DNA of 63,996 nucleotides, counting the filler, from Octopus bimaculoides (taxonomy: Eukaryota), in assembly GCF_001194135.2 (NCBI RefSeq). It is 4 parts of 3 records of this genome, joined end to end, with 100 filler letters (N's around TTAATTAATTAA, not from the genome) between each part and the next. Parts side by side here need not be neighbours in the genome. Positions count along the whole stretch, not along the records: positions 1 to 28,552 come from NC_068981.1; 3 more parts are not named here. The stretch is one strand, 5' to 3'. Positions 13,000 to 25,950 of the stretch are shown piece after piece. Within the stretch, counting starts at the first letter, position 1. Each line of letters starts with the position of its first letter. Under the pieces are notes generated by a model. The model did no database searches and was not told the DNA's origin. It saw only the letters and a program-made list of their open reading frames with translations. The position numbers and the translations under genes are program-made.

Positions 13000-15985
13000 G
13001 CAGAAATCCCATTGACATGGTCAATACAATGAACAGGTATATTTTTAACAATGTCATTCGATAGGGTTCCTATTTCCAATGTAAATACTTTCCTACCCTA
13101 TCATAACTATATTTACATTCGTTTGCTGTCAGCGCAGGACAGCCCAATATGAGGTGGTCAATTATTTCATGAAATGAGTCGTAGAATCTGCATTTAGTGT
13201 CAGAAATGTTATGGTGCACCATAGTCTGGTATTTTCTGGCAAGCAAGCTTTGATCTTGTGCTGCCAAAATGAATCCTTCAGTCTCTACTTTCAGTCCTGA
13301 ACCTCTTAGCCATTGATAGGTTGTTGCTTGGTCTACATCAGCATTTCGACTTGGAAGAATATACTATCCATGCTGGGTCTTGTGGCTCCACCTATCACAA
13401 TTTGTTTCTGACCCTTTCTTTTTTGCGACCACTTTCATCCGTATTGTATTTTGGTGGCTGGAGTTTCAGGTTTTTCATCGAATTCAGGGTTAATGCCAGG
13501 TTCATTTGCAAAATTGCAAGGTTCCTTGAAAGTAGAAAGAGACAATTTTCTGCTTTCGTGCTTGCACACAAGCCGTATATCCAGTCCTCTGTACTACATA
13601 CAGATAAGTATTTGTCCATTGCTATTGTGGAAATCTTATAGCACAGTTCTACCTACATCATTCCGATTCCCCCATTATTTCTAGGTACGTTCAAACGATC
13701 AGCAGTTGCTTTTAGGTGGCGTATTTTCTTAGATATTAATATATTTTTCTCGTCTTCCTGTCCAAGAGTTGGAGCTCTATAAAATTTCAGTTAATGATGT
13801 TAAAAATGTATTAATTGGATTACTTGTATTGCCAGTGTGCTAATGGCTTCGATGCAATTATTCGAGTTGAATTTTGTTTTAAATATGTGTCTAACTCTTC
13901 TGTAGTACACCTTTATTTTTCTTTCCTACATGTTGTATACCATCTCCTTTGTTTATCCTCATGTATTGGGTTGGCAACTAAGTTCACGCCGTTTTTTAAA
14001 TTAAAAACTTTTAAAAAGTTTAACAAAAGATAACAACTATTTAATTAATAGTGTATTCACCCTTGTTGATTACATCTTCTCAACGTTCAACAAGATTTTC
14101 AATTCCTCGTTGGTAGAAATGACCCGATTTCCAATAGAAAAATGATCCAACCAAGCTCTCAATTCAGCATCAGTATTAAACTAAACTCCGCGCATAGAAT
14201 TTGAAAGAGATCGAAAGAGGTGGAAATTCGTTGGTGCCAAATCAGAAGAGTACGGCTGGTGTGGCAGGAATTCCCAGCCATGCGTTTGAATGGCTTCCTT
14301 GGTCATGTTGTTAATATGAGGGCGGGCGTTGTCGTGCAGCAGAAGAACTCCATGCTGCCGATTAGGAATTTTGTCGTGAGTAGCCGTGTTGACTTTTTCT
14401 CTCTGTTGAACATAGAGTTCGGCGTTGGCCGTTTGGTTCCGTTCAAGTAATTCGTAATGGATAATTCTTTCCCAGTGCCCACCATACGCATAACATCGTT
14501 TTACGCGGATGAAGATCTAGTTTCAAGGGCGGTATCGCTGGTTTACCGGGGATAAGCCATTCCTTACGTTCCTTCATATTGATGTACAGGCACCATTTTT
14601 CGTCGCCAATAGCGATTTGGTGAAGAAATCGGTGCTTGTGTCCATGAGTTGAGCGGTGACGAGCAAGCAAACCAGCGGAGATTATGGCTCATTGATTTTT
14701 GTTGTTACTTAAAGCATGCGGAAACTATGCTCCATGTTTCTCAACCTTTCCCATCGAGTGAAGATGCTTCTCTATAGCAGTGTGGGAGCATTCCATTTTC
14801 TGTGCCAGTTCTCTTGTATTTTGACGGGAATTTTCGTGCAAAAGTGGTTTTAATTGCTTTTTATCGAACTGAACTGTACGGCTAAAACGAGGTGCGACTT
14901 TGAGGTAAAAAATTCGAATTTTGAACTTGGCATAACAATCACAAGTGGTCCATTCAGCTATGGCACACTCTCTATACGCAGCACAAATGTCGCGAGCAAA
15001 TTTTGCGGCCTTGAACCTTGATTACAAGCAAAAAGTAGGATGTGTCGAAAATGCTCGTTTTTCTTAATTTCACATTCCATTTTAATGATCTGAAAATAAA
15101 CAAAAAATAACAAAAATTAACTAGAAAAAAAAAAAACAAACAGATTCCTAAATGATTCTATCATCATATTCTTTGATGATAGAGTCGGTATCTAATTTAA
15201 TAGGTGTTTGTCTGAGCTTGTCTCTTTCAAAATGTTTTTTTTAGTACGATAATCGATGCCAAATTACATCTCGATATCATAGCTAAACTGTTTGGCAGTT
15301 GTTAGCAACCCTATTAGGTCTTGGTTATTTCTAGCGAACAGCTTCAGTTTCTCCATATAAAACATGATTTGTCATAGTGTTATAAATTTTGTAGCCATTC
15401 CTGGTGTTATTCAGTTCCGTTGAGAGAACGATTAGCTTCGTGCCAAACATTAATGGGGAGAGGGAGTCACATTGAAAGATGCCGTATTTGATGTTGATGC
15501 TCTTAGACTAGCTCATTCCGTTACTGTGGTTTTGAAGGAGACTTGTGTTCCACTTGGCTATGTTTCCTTTGAAGAGTATGTATACGACAGGTGATATCTT
15601 ATATATCTCAAGGTTTTTGAGTAGCCAGTTATTGAGAACATTATCTGAAGCCTTCCTGTAGATTATCCATGCTATATTCAGGTTCGTGGTTTTGCTCCGA
15701 CAATTCTCTACAGTGATTTTTTAAAAATAATTAACCTTTGGACTCATAAGAATTTCTTATATAATCATTATGAGCTTGTGGAGAGTTATCTTTTTGTTCA
15801 AGGAATGCATATATTCTTTCAGTTATTATAGATGTGAAGATCTTGTAGGTGGTGTTGTTACGTGTAATTGACGGTAGCTTTTCGGATATGTGCTTCGGAT
15901 TTTACTACGAGGTATGTTGTACCTTCAGTCACCCGGCAGGTATTTGTTCTGGGTTCAGAATGACATCAGGGAGAGATTCAATGAA
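13000..15985 (-). mobile_element. R4/Dong-like (RLE-type) non-LTR retrotransposon, degraded and interrupted by a mariner
   Basis: Minus strand. RT motifs at 15140-15985: YKIFTSIITER, LNIAWIIYRKASD, GIFQCDSLSPL, LYMEKLKLFA (for YMDDLKL). Downstream of the mariner: GDGIQH...VYYRRVR...IEAISTLAI...DRKTRK, then EGFILAAQDQ and the CCHC-like CRFYDSFHEIIDHLILGCP...DRVGKYLHWK. Confidence 0.88.
13964..15140 (-). mobile_element. Mariner DNA transposon, near full-length pseudogenised transposase (14041-15080), only one TIR retained
   Basis: MECEIKKNEHFRHILLFA... start at 15080; FLHQIAIGDEKWCLY; LHPRKTMLCVWW; LLLHDNARPH; LPHQPYSSDLAPTNFHLFRSL; TAA stop at 14041-14043. TIR TATTGGGTTGGCAACTAAGTTCACGCCGTTTT at 13964-13995. 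No matching TIR near 15140. Confidence 0.93.
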
Positions 15986-16135
15986 ATAAACATATNNNNN
16001 NNNNNNNNNNNNNNNNNNNNNNNNNNNNNNNNNNNNNNNNNNNNNNNNNNNNNNNNNNNNNNNNNNNNNNNNNNNNNNNNNNNNNNNNNNNNNNNNNNNN
16101 NNNNNNNNNNNNNNNTATATATATATATATATATA

Positions 16136-16286
16136 TCGTGTTTTTCTCCTTGTCTCCGTATTCTTTCTGTTGAAGAGCGTAGCTCGAAACGTCAAATACT
16201 TTCCGTACTCCCGAGCGTCATACTAATATATACTTTTGTTATTTACACCACCTGTCCTCGTCTGTTGTTATTATTTGTATATTCTC

Positions 16287-16289
<3 letters not shown>
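16136..16289 (+). mobile_element. Short repeat inserted in (TA)n, carrying a hammerhead-like motif (probable Penelope-like pLTR derivative)
   Basis: About 150-bp unit flanked by (TA)n on both sides. Contains TCTTT-CTGTTGA-A-GAGC-gta-GCTC-GAAACGTC-AAATA. Confidence 0.55.
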
Positions 16290-16319
<30 letters not shown>

Positions 16320-18248
16320 CATATGTGGGCACACGACGTTATGAAACATGTACAGCAAAGAAATACGAAGTACGAGTACATAGAATATGAACTATTTTTT
16401 CGAACAACGAAAGACACAAATGGCAAACAAGACAAAGAACATAGAGAACAACTCTTCATCTGTTGTTATCTGTTTTTCTACTCTCGTATTTCGAGCATTT
16501 AACAACAGTATACGCTTTCGAGAAAGCAGCTGTTCACGCAAACCTAATTAAATAAAATTTGATATTTTGCGGAGGGTCAAAATTGGTAACATAAACAGGA
16601 CAGTGAAAACAAACAGGAAGGGCTGCGAAACCTAAAGTATGTTGTGGTGGACAGGAGACAGGCAAGAACGCGTCTTACTTGTTCTCGCTACAACGGAGAC
16701 AAAAAAAGAAAGTAACGCAGGTTAGTAGAAAAGAGGAAGATGGTAGATGGTCACGTCGGAGCCATGTGAGCAAATGGGGGGGGGTAGGGAGAGTGTCTGA
16801 GAGAGTAATAGGATAGAATTTTGGGAGAAGAGGAGGTAAAAGAATAAGAAAGAAGAACGGAAGAGTAAAAAGATCATATAGAGTGCGCATCAGAATTATT
16901 AACATAAAACTTACTTGTAAGAGCATGCGTGGCATTCAATATATATACATATGTATGTATATATACGTATAATAGGTGTATATGAGTGTGTATTGGTGTG
17001 TGTGTGTGCGTGTATATTTACATTTATGCATTACATACAAGCGATTGTGTGCAAATTTTTGCAACCATCTCCTTGATGTGTTGCACATAATGTTTATAAT
17101 ATAACATTTAGAGCAATTAAGCTATGAGGTTTGGAACGAAAGTGCTTTTATATACAGCAGAACAGATAGTTTTAATAATTTTTTCGTGTGTTTTCCTGTT
17201 ATTTTACATGTGAAACATGCATATATTTAAGGGTAATATGTTCGAAGTAATATTAAATTATATAGCATATGCTCACATGGGGTTTGTATTATATATGAGG
17301 AATATTTATAATTTCGAAATATTTGGAGATGGAGAAAAATAAATATATTTTAAAACTGTATAAAGTCTCTTCTGAGATATATATCTGAAGTAATTATGCA
17401 GCGTGCATATATAATCCACAGCAGAGATCTGAGTATCCCAACAGTTTGCAGCATTTAATGTAATATCATTGTCTTGAGATAGAATTATGTTCAAAATAGT
17501 GAATTGTGCTAAGGGATTTTCCCAAATTATTAAAGTAGCTAGTACTGATCCTCCTATGTCATACTATCACTCAAAGTAAGGACAGAATTATATATACAAG
17601 GAAAAGTGACGTCAAAGAGAAGATTTCAAATCAGAAATACTGGTTGAGATTCTTATCATTATAGATTATTAGATAGAACAAGAGCTTATTTCCTAGAAAT
17701 TAATAAATGCAGATAACTAAACTGCACTAGAGAAAGGTATATTATATGTTTTTTATCTTTATCTTGTTTCAGTCAAATATTGGTGGCTATGATGCAGCAA
17801 GGCTTGGAAGGGATTGAGGCGAATAACTCGACACTAACAGTCGTGTGGTGATGCGGATTAGCACAAGGATGCACTCATATACGCACAAACACACACGCAC
17901 AAAGGCAAGAACACACAGACACACACATATTCACAGACACAGTACTTACACACATACAAATACAACCACGTACAAAACACAGGCAGACACATGTGACCAC
18001 AAAAAATATATAAATAATAGATTTTCGGATGATGGGCAACTATGCGTAAGATAAGTATGGCAGCGTCTTCCAACGCTGTTTTTCTGAAGACACAGGCATC
18101 CACTGCCTGCCACTATCGCTCACTACGTCGCGTTCACGCACCAGCTGAGATTTAATGAAAACAGTGTTGAAAAATATAAATTCGACATATGACGAGGTCG
18201 ACTTAAGACCTGTTAGTAGGAGCGGAAGTCGGTCGTAAGGAAGCGAAA

Positions 18249-18288
<40 letters not shown>

Positions 18289-18344
18289 CCCAGATTTGAC
18301 TCTCCATAAATCCAGACTTCATAAATCGGAACATCCTGCTCCTA

Positions 18345-19440
18345 CACTGTTTGCTATATATTTCACCATAGTCCTATCGAATAGCTTTCAAAGATTGTCC
18401 CGAAGGGGTTAGTATAATATATAAAACAACAGGAAAACTGTTCAACCTCAAAAGACTCTGCGCTAAAACGAAAGTTCTGCATTCTCACCATATTGAATTT
18501 CTGTATGCTGACGGTTGTGACCTGTTGGCACATTCTCAGAAAGATATACAGCACATGGTAAATGCGATTTCTGCAGCATGTACAGCATTGGGTCTAACAG
18601 TTAATCTAAAAAAAAAAAAATGGTATAATGTACCAGCCTGCTCCTTCCAAGATATATATGGAAGCTTTTATAACTGTCAATGGTCAATGGTTGGAGTCTG
18701 TATCTAGATTTATTTATTTAAGAAGTACCTTGAGTAGTGCTGGTCTTGATGATGAAATTTCATACTGAATCAGCAGGGCTAGTAGTGCTTTTGGTAGGCA
18801 TGATAGTCGCCTGTAGACGCAGTATAATGTATCTACACAAATTAAGGTTAAGTTATATAACACATGCATCCTCCCATCTCTGCTATATGGAAGTAAGGAA
18901 TCGGTTGTTTACTATAGTCATGTAAGTCAATTGGAATGATTTCATCAATACTGTCTGACAAGAATTTTAGGAATAAACTGGAAAATGGTCATTTGTAATG
19001 TGGAGGGGCTTCAGAAAAGTGGCAATAGAAGTATAGAGTCAATGGGTTCATTTGGTAAGGATGGTGATGAGCGACTGCACAAGCTGCTATAGTATGGTTA
19101 GCAGGAAGATAGCTGGAGACCGGCACATAAGACGAAACTAAGGTTTAAGGATGGCCTTTAGATGCACTAATACAGACAGGAATTGCAACTGGTAATTGGG
19201 AGAGGAAGGTACAAGAAAGTGATGGATGGAGGAAGATAGTTCATGATGGTTCTTCAACACGTTAAGTGCATATGGTGACACCTGTTTCTCCTGCCAGCCA
19301 GCCAGCACATTTGTCTAGTATGTAATAAAATATGTAAAAGCTTGCCCGGGCATACAATTCATATAAGGGCAGTACATGGCAACAATCATGAATAATTTCA
19401 GTAAATCTTCTCGGCAATGGTTTTCCTCGTGTAACGAGGA
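18345..19440 (+). mobile_element. Degraded, 5'-truncated RTE-clade LINE (RT C-terminal half and 3' end)
   Basis: APTLFAIYFTIVL...TGKLFNLKRLCAKTKV...EFLYADGCDLLAHSQKDIQHMVNAISAAC.ALGLTVNLKK; FIYLRSTLSS; LCYGSKE; terminal CLVCNKICKS motif followed by a microsatellite. Confidence 0.88.
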
Positions 19441-20424
19441 TGCATGTGTGTTATGTATATATATCTCTATATATATATATATNNNNNNNNNNNNNNNNNN
19501 NNNNNNNNNNNNNNNNNNNNNNNNNNNNNNNNNNNNNNNNNNNNNNNNNNNNNNNNNNNNNNNNNNNNNNNNNNNNNNNNNNNNNNNNNNNNNNNNNNNN
19601 NNNNNNNNNNNNNNNNNNNNNNNNNNNNNNNNNNNNNNNNNNNNNNNNNNNNNNNNNNNNNNNNNNNNNNNNNNNNNNNNNNNNNNNNNNNNNNNNNNNN
19701 NNNNNNNNNNNNNNNNNNNNNNNNNNNNNNNNNNNNNNNNNNNNNNNNNNNNNNNNNNNNNNNNNNNNNNNNNNNNNNNNNNNNNNNNNNNNNNNNNNNN
19801 NNNNNNNNNNNNNNNNNNNNNNNNNNNNNNNNNNNNNNNNNNNNNNNNNNNNNNNNNNNNNNNNNNNNNNNNNNNNNNNNNNNNNNNNNNNNNNNNNNNN
19901 NNNNNNNNNNNNNNNNNNNNNNNNNNNNNNNNNNNNNNNNNNNNNNNNNNNNNNNNNNNNNNNNNNNNNNNNNNNNNNNNNNNNNNNNNNNNNNNNNNNN
20001 NNNNNNNNNNNNNNNNNNNNNNNNNNNNNNNNNNNNNNNNNNNNNNNNNNNNNNNNNNNNNNNNNNNNNNNNNNNNNNNNNNNNNNNNNNNNNNNNNNNN
20101 NNNNNNNNNNNNNNNNNNNNNNNNNNNNNNNNNNNNNNNNNNNNNNNNNNNNNNNNNNNNNNNNNNNNNNNNNNNNNNNNNNNNNNNNNNNNNNNNNNNN
20201 NNNNNNNNNNNNNNNNNNNNNNNNNNNNNNNNNNNNNNNNNNNNNNNNNNNNNNNNNNNNNNNNNNNNNNNNNNNNNNNNNNNNNNNNNNNNNNNNNNNN
20301 NNNNNNNNNNNNNNNNNNNNNNNNNNNNNNNNNNNNNNNNNNNNNNNNNNNNNNNNNNATTATTATATATATTATTATATACATATATATATATATATAT
20401 TATTATATTATATATATATATATG

Positions 20425-20461
<37 letters not shown>

Positions 20462-20917
20462 TTGTGTGTATATGTGTGTGTATGTGTTTGTGTGTTTTTA
20501 TGTATGTATGTATGTATGTATGTATGTATGTATGTATGTATATGCGTCTATGAATGAGAATGTGAGGAGTTTATTGTATCACAGATTTTGCGCGTATATG
20601 TCTCTGGGTCAGCTAGGGCGAGAATGTGCTCCGCATATATAGTGTAGATGATGTACGTATTGAAATATGGTTATTCAGCGCACCAATCCTCAAATTTGTC
20701 ACTACATGCAGTTTTCAATCGACAGAAAATGTGAATATATATCCCCGCGGCAAGAATAGACGGACACAAAGAACTGTCGGTCGAGGATATGAATGGCAAT
20801 GAAAATGAATAAATATACACGAACAACGCTTACAAATGCACTCATATATACATACAAACACGCACACTCTTATTCGTTCAAATCTCCCTGACGATCTGTC
20901 CTTCTCTCTCTCTCTCT

Positions 20918-20966
<49 letters not shown>

Positions 20967-21122
20967 GAGAGAGAGAGAGAGAAAGAGAGACAGAGAGAGA
21001 GTTAATGAAAAATAGTCAAAGAGGTAAATATATATGAGTACATCCATAGATATGTAAATATATATATATTTATATATACATATATATGTATATATTTATA
21101 CACCCCCCCCACACACACATAT

Positions 21123-21128
21123 ATATAT

Positions 21129-21185
<57 letters not shown>

Positions 21186-21231
21186 GAGCGAGAGAGAGAG
21201 AGCGAGAGAGAGAGAGCGAGAGAGAGAGAGC

Positions 21232-21271
<40 letters not shown>

Positions 21272-21343
21272 GCGAGAGAGAGAGAGCGAGAGAGAGAGAG
21301 CGAGAGAGAGAGAGCGAGAGAGAGATAGATATATAATGCATGC

Positions 21344-21374
<31 letters not shown>

Positions 21375-21380
21375 CATACT
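21123..21380. repeat. Compound (TA)(GATA)(GA with periodic GC)(CATA) microsatellite
   Basis: Direct sequence. Confidence 0.95.
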
Positions 21381-22146
21381 TGCATACGTATATATACATA
21401 CGACTCGGACAACATGCGCAGAAAAACATACACAAATAGAGATATCAGTGTACTTAATTGCATGTATCCATCAATATAAGCGCACATATGTTAGCTTTAA
21501 TATTACTTTGCATGCGTACGTTATTTAATTTTTTTTTATCTATTTTATCTCATATGAATATTGCGAATGGATAATGCATTAGCGATTATGGAAAAGATTA
21601 TGGACACATCATTTTATCAGTGCATTATAGAGCGGAAGTTAATTTATGAAATTTTACTATGAAATATACATTAAGTTATATTAATATGATATTTGATCTT
21701 CCATAAAAATATTCTTAATATATACCAGATATTACCCTGCTTCTGACATATCAGTCAATATTAAAAATAATGTAACTTTCACATTATGAAATACATTTAA
21801 ATGCATTAACCGTCTTGAAGTAAATAACATATATTTATGGTCCCATTTTATTGAATGTTTTTAAAAACGTTCTTATCATTATTCCCATTTGCCAAATTTT
21901 AATATATTGTAGGTGGGAGGTCAGTATAATTTCATTTCACGGCGACCACGCATTTCAACAGCCAGGAAAAAAACTTTTAATCAAATAAATCGATAGTAAT
22001 ACATTCCCTAGTGCATAATGGGTCCAATAATAAATGTATAGCGCGTGCACATAGACATAAAGTGATGCAGAGTAAACCAAATACAGAGTTGTTCAAAGTG
22101 TAATTTAATGGTAACATATATAAATTAAAACATGGTTGCGCACACA

Positions 22147-22229
22147 CTTACATGCATAAATATATGAATGAGTCCCTTTGTCAGTCTCTTACATGCATGA
22201 ATATATGAATGAGTCACTCTGTCAGTCTC
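22147..22229. repeat. 41-bp tandem duplication
   Basis: CTTACATGCAT(A/G)AATATATGAATGAGTC...TGTCAGTCT starts at 22147 and 22188. Confidence 0.88.
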
Positions 22230-24008
22230 ATTATTTCTATATCTTTCTTTCTATCTCTTGGTATATATATATATATATATATATATNNNNNNNNNNNNNN
22301 NNNNNNNNNNNNNNNNNNNNNNNNNNNNNNNNNNNNNNNNNNNNNNNNNNNNNNNNNNNNNNNNNNNNNNNNNNNNNNNNNNNNNNNNNNNNNNNNNNNN
22401 NNNNNNNNNNNNNNNNNNNNNNNNNNNNNNNNNNNNNNNNNNNNNNNNNNNNNNNNNNNNNNNNNNNNNNNNNNNNNNNNNNNNNNNNNNNNNNNNNNNN
22501 NNNNNNNNNNNNNNNNNNNNNNNNNNNNNNNNNNNNNNNNNNNNNNNNNNNNNNNNNNNNNNNNNNNNNNNNNNNNNNNNNNNNNNNNNNNNNNNNNNNN
22601 NNNNNNNNNNNNNNNNNNNNNNNNNNNNNNNNNNNNNNNNNNNNNNNNNNNNNNNNNNNNNNNNNNNNNNNNNNNNNNNNNNNNNNNNNNNNNNNNNNNN
22701 NNNNNNNNNNNNNNNNNNNNNNNNNNNNNNNNNNNNNNNNNNNNNNNNNNNNNNNNNNNNNNNNNNNNNNNNNNNNNNNNNNNNNNNNNNNNNNNNNNNN
22801 NNNNNNNNNNNNNNNNNNNNNNNNNNNNNNNNNNNNNNNNNNNNNNNNNNNNNNNNNNNNNNNNNNNNNNNNNNNNNNNNNNNNNNNNNNNNNNNNNNNN
22901 NNNNNNNNNNNNNNNNNNNNNNNNNNNNNNNNNNNNNNNNNNNNNNNNNNNNNNNNNNNNNNNNNNNNNNNNNNNNNNNNNAGTACCAGCGTTCCTGCAA
23001 TATTTTATATCCAGCCGCTTGTCCGTTTTCTGTAAGCGAGGTGAGCACCTTCTCTGTTTCGCACTTTCCCTCGTGTACGCTGTTAAGACGGTGACTGGGT
23101 GTATCGTTGTCTTGAAGAATCCAAATCTTCGCGTATGTAGTATACAAATCTCAGGTAAATTCTTATGAATGACAGGGAAATCCAACAATACCTGCGCACA
23201 ATTTTAAGAAATGAAGATTATTTAACGACAGTGAAAACTAGGTACCAAGACAAAATAACATCCTTATTTTTGATCACACATTCAAAATAAAGCAATTGCC
23301 TCAATTGCACTAATATATGCATGCAGATATATATATATATATTCACACACACACACATACACACACTTACACATATATATAGTATTATTAAAATTAATAA
23401 TAATTTGTACAAATATTTATATCTAAACATTGCCAAGGTAATCCAAATTAATGAAATTCTAACTGAACATCTGAAAATCTATTCTCTTTTAAAATCGCTA
23501 AAAGAAAGAAACGCCAAACCAAATTTAAATTTACACATTCATTCATTCAACCGAGAGCGTCGTCATTGACTAACTTTATAAAATATAAAATATAAAAAAA
23601 GATCTACCATACTAATTCGATATTTGTTTGCAATTTGAAGTGTACCTAGAAGAAAAACCCAAAGATGACGTAGAAATGTGTAGATTTATCTACAGATGTT
23701 GATGACGTCAATGGGTATCTAAACTGCAGACAAGAATTTTAAGTTATGCTTAATAGATAACTATAGAATAAAAACCGAAGATAATAATTTTACGTAATGC
23801 TTAATAGAAATATAGTTTACATAACAAGACTAATTAGACATTTATTCATTTAATATAATAAGCCCTTCTACAGGAATTAATCTAATCATATAAACTTTTA
23901 TTCAATAACATATACAATTACTGAGTACTTCACAGGAAGAATAAAAAGTAATATTTCAAAAAAGACAACCACATACCAATTTATTCATTATAATAAAATC
24001 TTATTGTA

Positions 24009-25587
24009 GATAACTAAAGAATAAACAAAACATATGAGATAATTAAATACTTATTTATTTATTATATAGTACCCTTTCATGAGAACTGAGATTAGTATAT
24101 AATAATTGAAAATCTATTATATATACTATTCTCGGAAATCGCGATGAATAATGAAAGAATAAAAATAATAGATATGAATTCTACGCTATGCTTAATCGAA
24201 GCTTACATACTTTACATCTCCATAGTTAATTACTTACTGAATATATTTAAAACTTTATTGGGAATTACTCTTATTATGTAATAATTAATTAAATAATCAC
24301 TATAATTAATATTTGAAATATTTGAATGTATTTCTAAATTTACAGCAACATCTTAAAGGTAAGTGCTCATTAAATATTTTAGAAATAATGATAAGAAAAG
24401 ATCAACAAATATTACATGGTAAAATGTAAAAAAAAAAATCATAATTAATTCCTTCTAATATCCTACGTAAATTCCTTGCAGCATGAGATAAGTATTACCC
24501 ACCTTGAAGTGGATATGGGAAATTATTTAATAGACACAGTTTTAAGTTTTCGTATTCAACCATTAGAAATGTTGCTGAGATTATAACATAACATAATAAA
24601 CAGTGAATTACAGAATATCTAAATTCTAAATCTATAAGTAGTTATAGAACTGATAATATATATAGAGAAATTAACGTTATTGATAACCATTCGGGAAAAA
24701 AGGTTTAGATTCTATAATTAATGAAAATACTGATGATATAGTTAGTATTTTTTTTTTACCTTGCATTAGAATGAATTCTAATTATTTGTATTATAATTCA
24801 ACCTGAACAATTATTTTACACACTGGTGCTACTAGAATTTTCTATATTTATAAGGGCAATTTACAGGTAAACTAATTCATGTATAATTATGTAAACAAAA
24901 CTCGATGCAATTTTGAACATTAGTGCTTAACGAAGAATCTAGTATATCAATGTGAGGTAATAACTACACATCGGAAGTATTGGTATATTCGTTCGTCTGT
25001 TATTAGTTAGAAATCTAGATTTTATAATCTTACTAATTCCTTTAAGCATAGAAGAAAATGTAATTCCACTAATCTTAGTAAATACATTCGGTATTTAAAA
25101 TATAAGAATATTAAATATGATTTAAAGTGATCCATTATTACTTATGCACAATCGTATAATATTGGGAATTCTACTTGTGATATTTGCACCGAATAATTAT
25201 ATTTTATAATTACTTCCAAATAATTTTTATTGAATTTTAATGGGCACATATCTTTAAGATGTTGCCAGACATTTAGAAAGACATTCAAATGTTTCAAGTA
25301 TTAATTATATGTTTTTAAAATTAATTATTACATAAGGTGTTTAATATAATGAGTAATAATTTATTGTAGCGATGTAAATTACCTAAGCTTCGATTAAGCT
25401 TAGCGTGGAATTCATATCTTTAAATTACATTCTTCAATTATATATCGAGATCATCAAGAATTGTAAATGTTATTGATTATAATTCTTCAATTATTATATT
25501 ATAATCATAATTCCTACAAAAGGGTATAATACAATATATAAATAGGTATTTAATTATCTTATCTCTTATGTTTATCCTTTAGTTATC
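24009..25587. repeat. Long diverged AT-rich inverted repeat (arms ~24009-24420 and ~25165-25587)
   Basis: 24171-24205 is the reverse complement of 25384-25418 with 2 mismatches in 35 nt. Further collinear anchors at 24301-24373 / 25236-25309. Outer ends are GATAACTAAAG and CTTTAGTTATC. Confidence 0.9.
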
Positions 25588-25689
25588 CAGCATAGTCATC
25601 AACAATTGTATATATGGTACGAAAGACATACGAATTGCTGCTAAGCACTTTGTTCGGCATGGAAACAATTCTGCCAGCCCACCGCTTTC

Positions 25690-25950
25690 TAAAGGCATCA
25701 CCTTTAAATTTAAGAGACTGAGCCTGCTATCCCCCAGACCCCGCCGGATGGCATCACCAATCCATCCTGCTTCCGGGACCGGGGGCAGCCCACATACGCA
25801 GGCTCTTATTACCTTCCTCCCACAATAACTGGGGAGGATCAAAATTTCCTTGCCATCAATGGGCTCGCTTGCAAATCTGCCAAGATCATACGCCCAATGC
25901 TTAGGTAGGGTAATCTCCCACTCTAAGTCACTGTTTATTGTGCCCATGTG
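25690..25950 (-). mobile_element. Possible LINE ORF1 (gag-like) remnant
   Basis: GC-rich block with an open frame ...ILILPSYCGRKVIRACVCGLPPVPEAGWIGDAI, which resembles recalled octopus L1/Tx1-like ORF1 motifs (LLPTYCGRR...VPPE...WL.AA). Not verified. Confidence 0.35.

Noticed and set aside
16440-16500. Minus-strand CAGATGAAGAG...TTCGAAA in a repeat
   Set aside because: Core is mutated and stems are not demonstrable.
19376-20642. Very long ORFs in the supplied track (also 22178-23188, 34715-35791, 53528-54281, 62360-63569 and others)
   Set aside because: They consist of N runs and TA/TG/GA microsatellite translations.
22982-23190. Several open frames next to a gap, one with WILQDNDTPSH (Tc1-like) and one hydrophobic stretch ending at AG/GTAAAT
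   Set aside because: Flanking residues do not fit the Tc1 DDE context, and no frame can be preferred.
23640-25580. Extreme AT richness suggested a mitochondrial insertion (NUMT)
   Set aside because: No mitochondrial protein, rRNA or tRNA motif recognised. The inverted-repeat structure explains it better.
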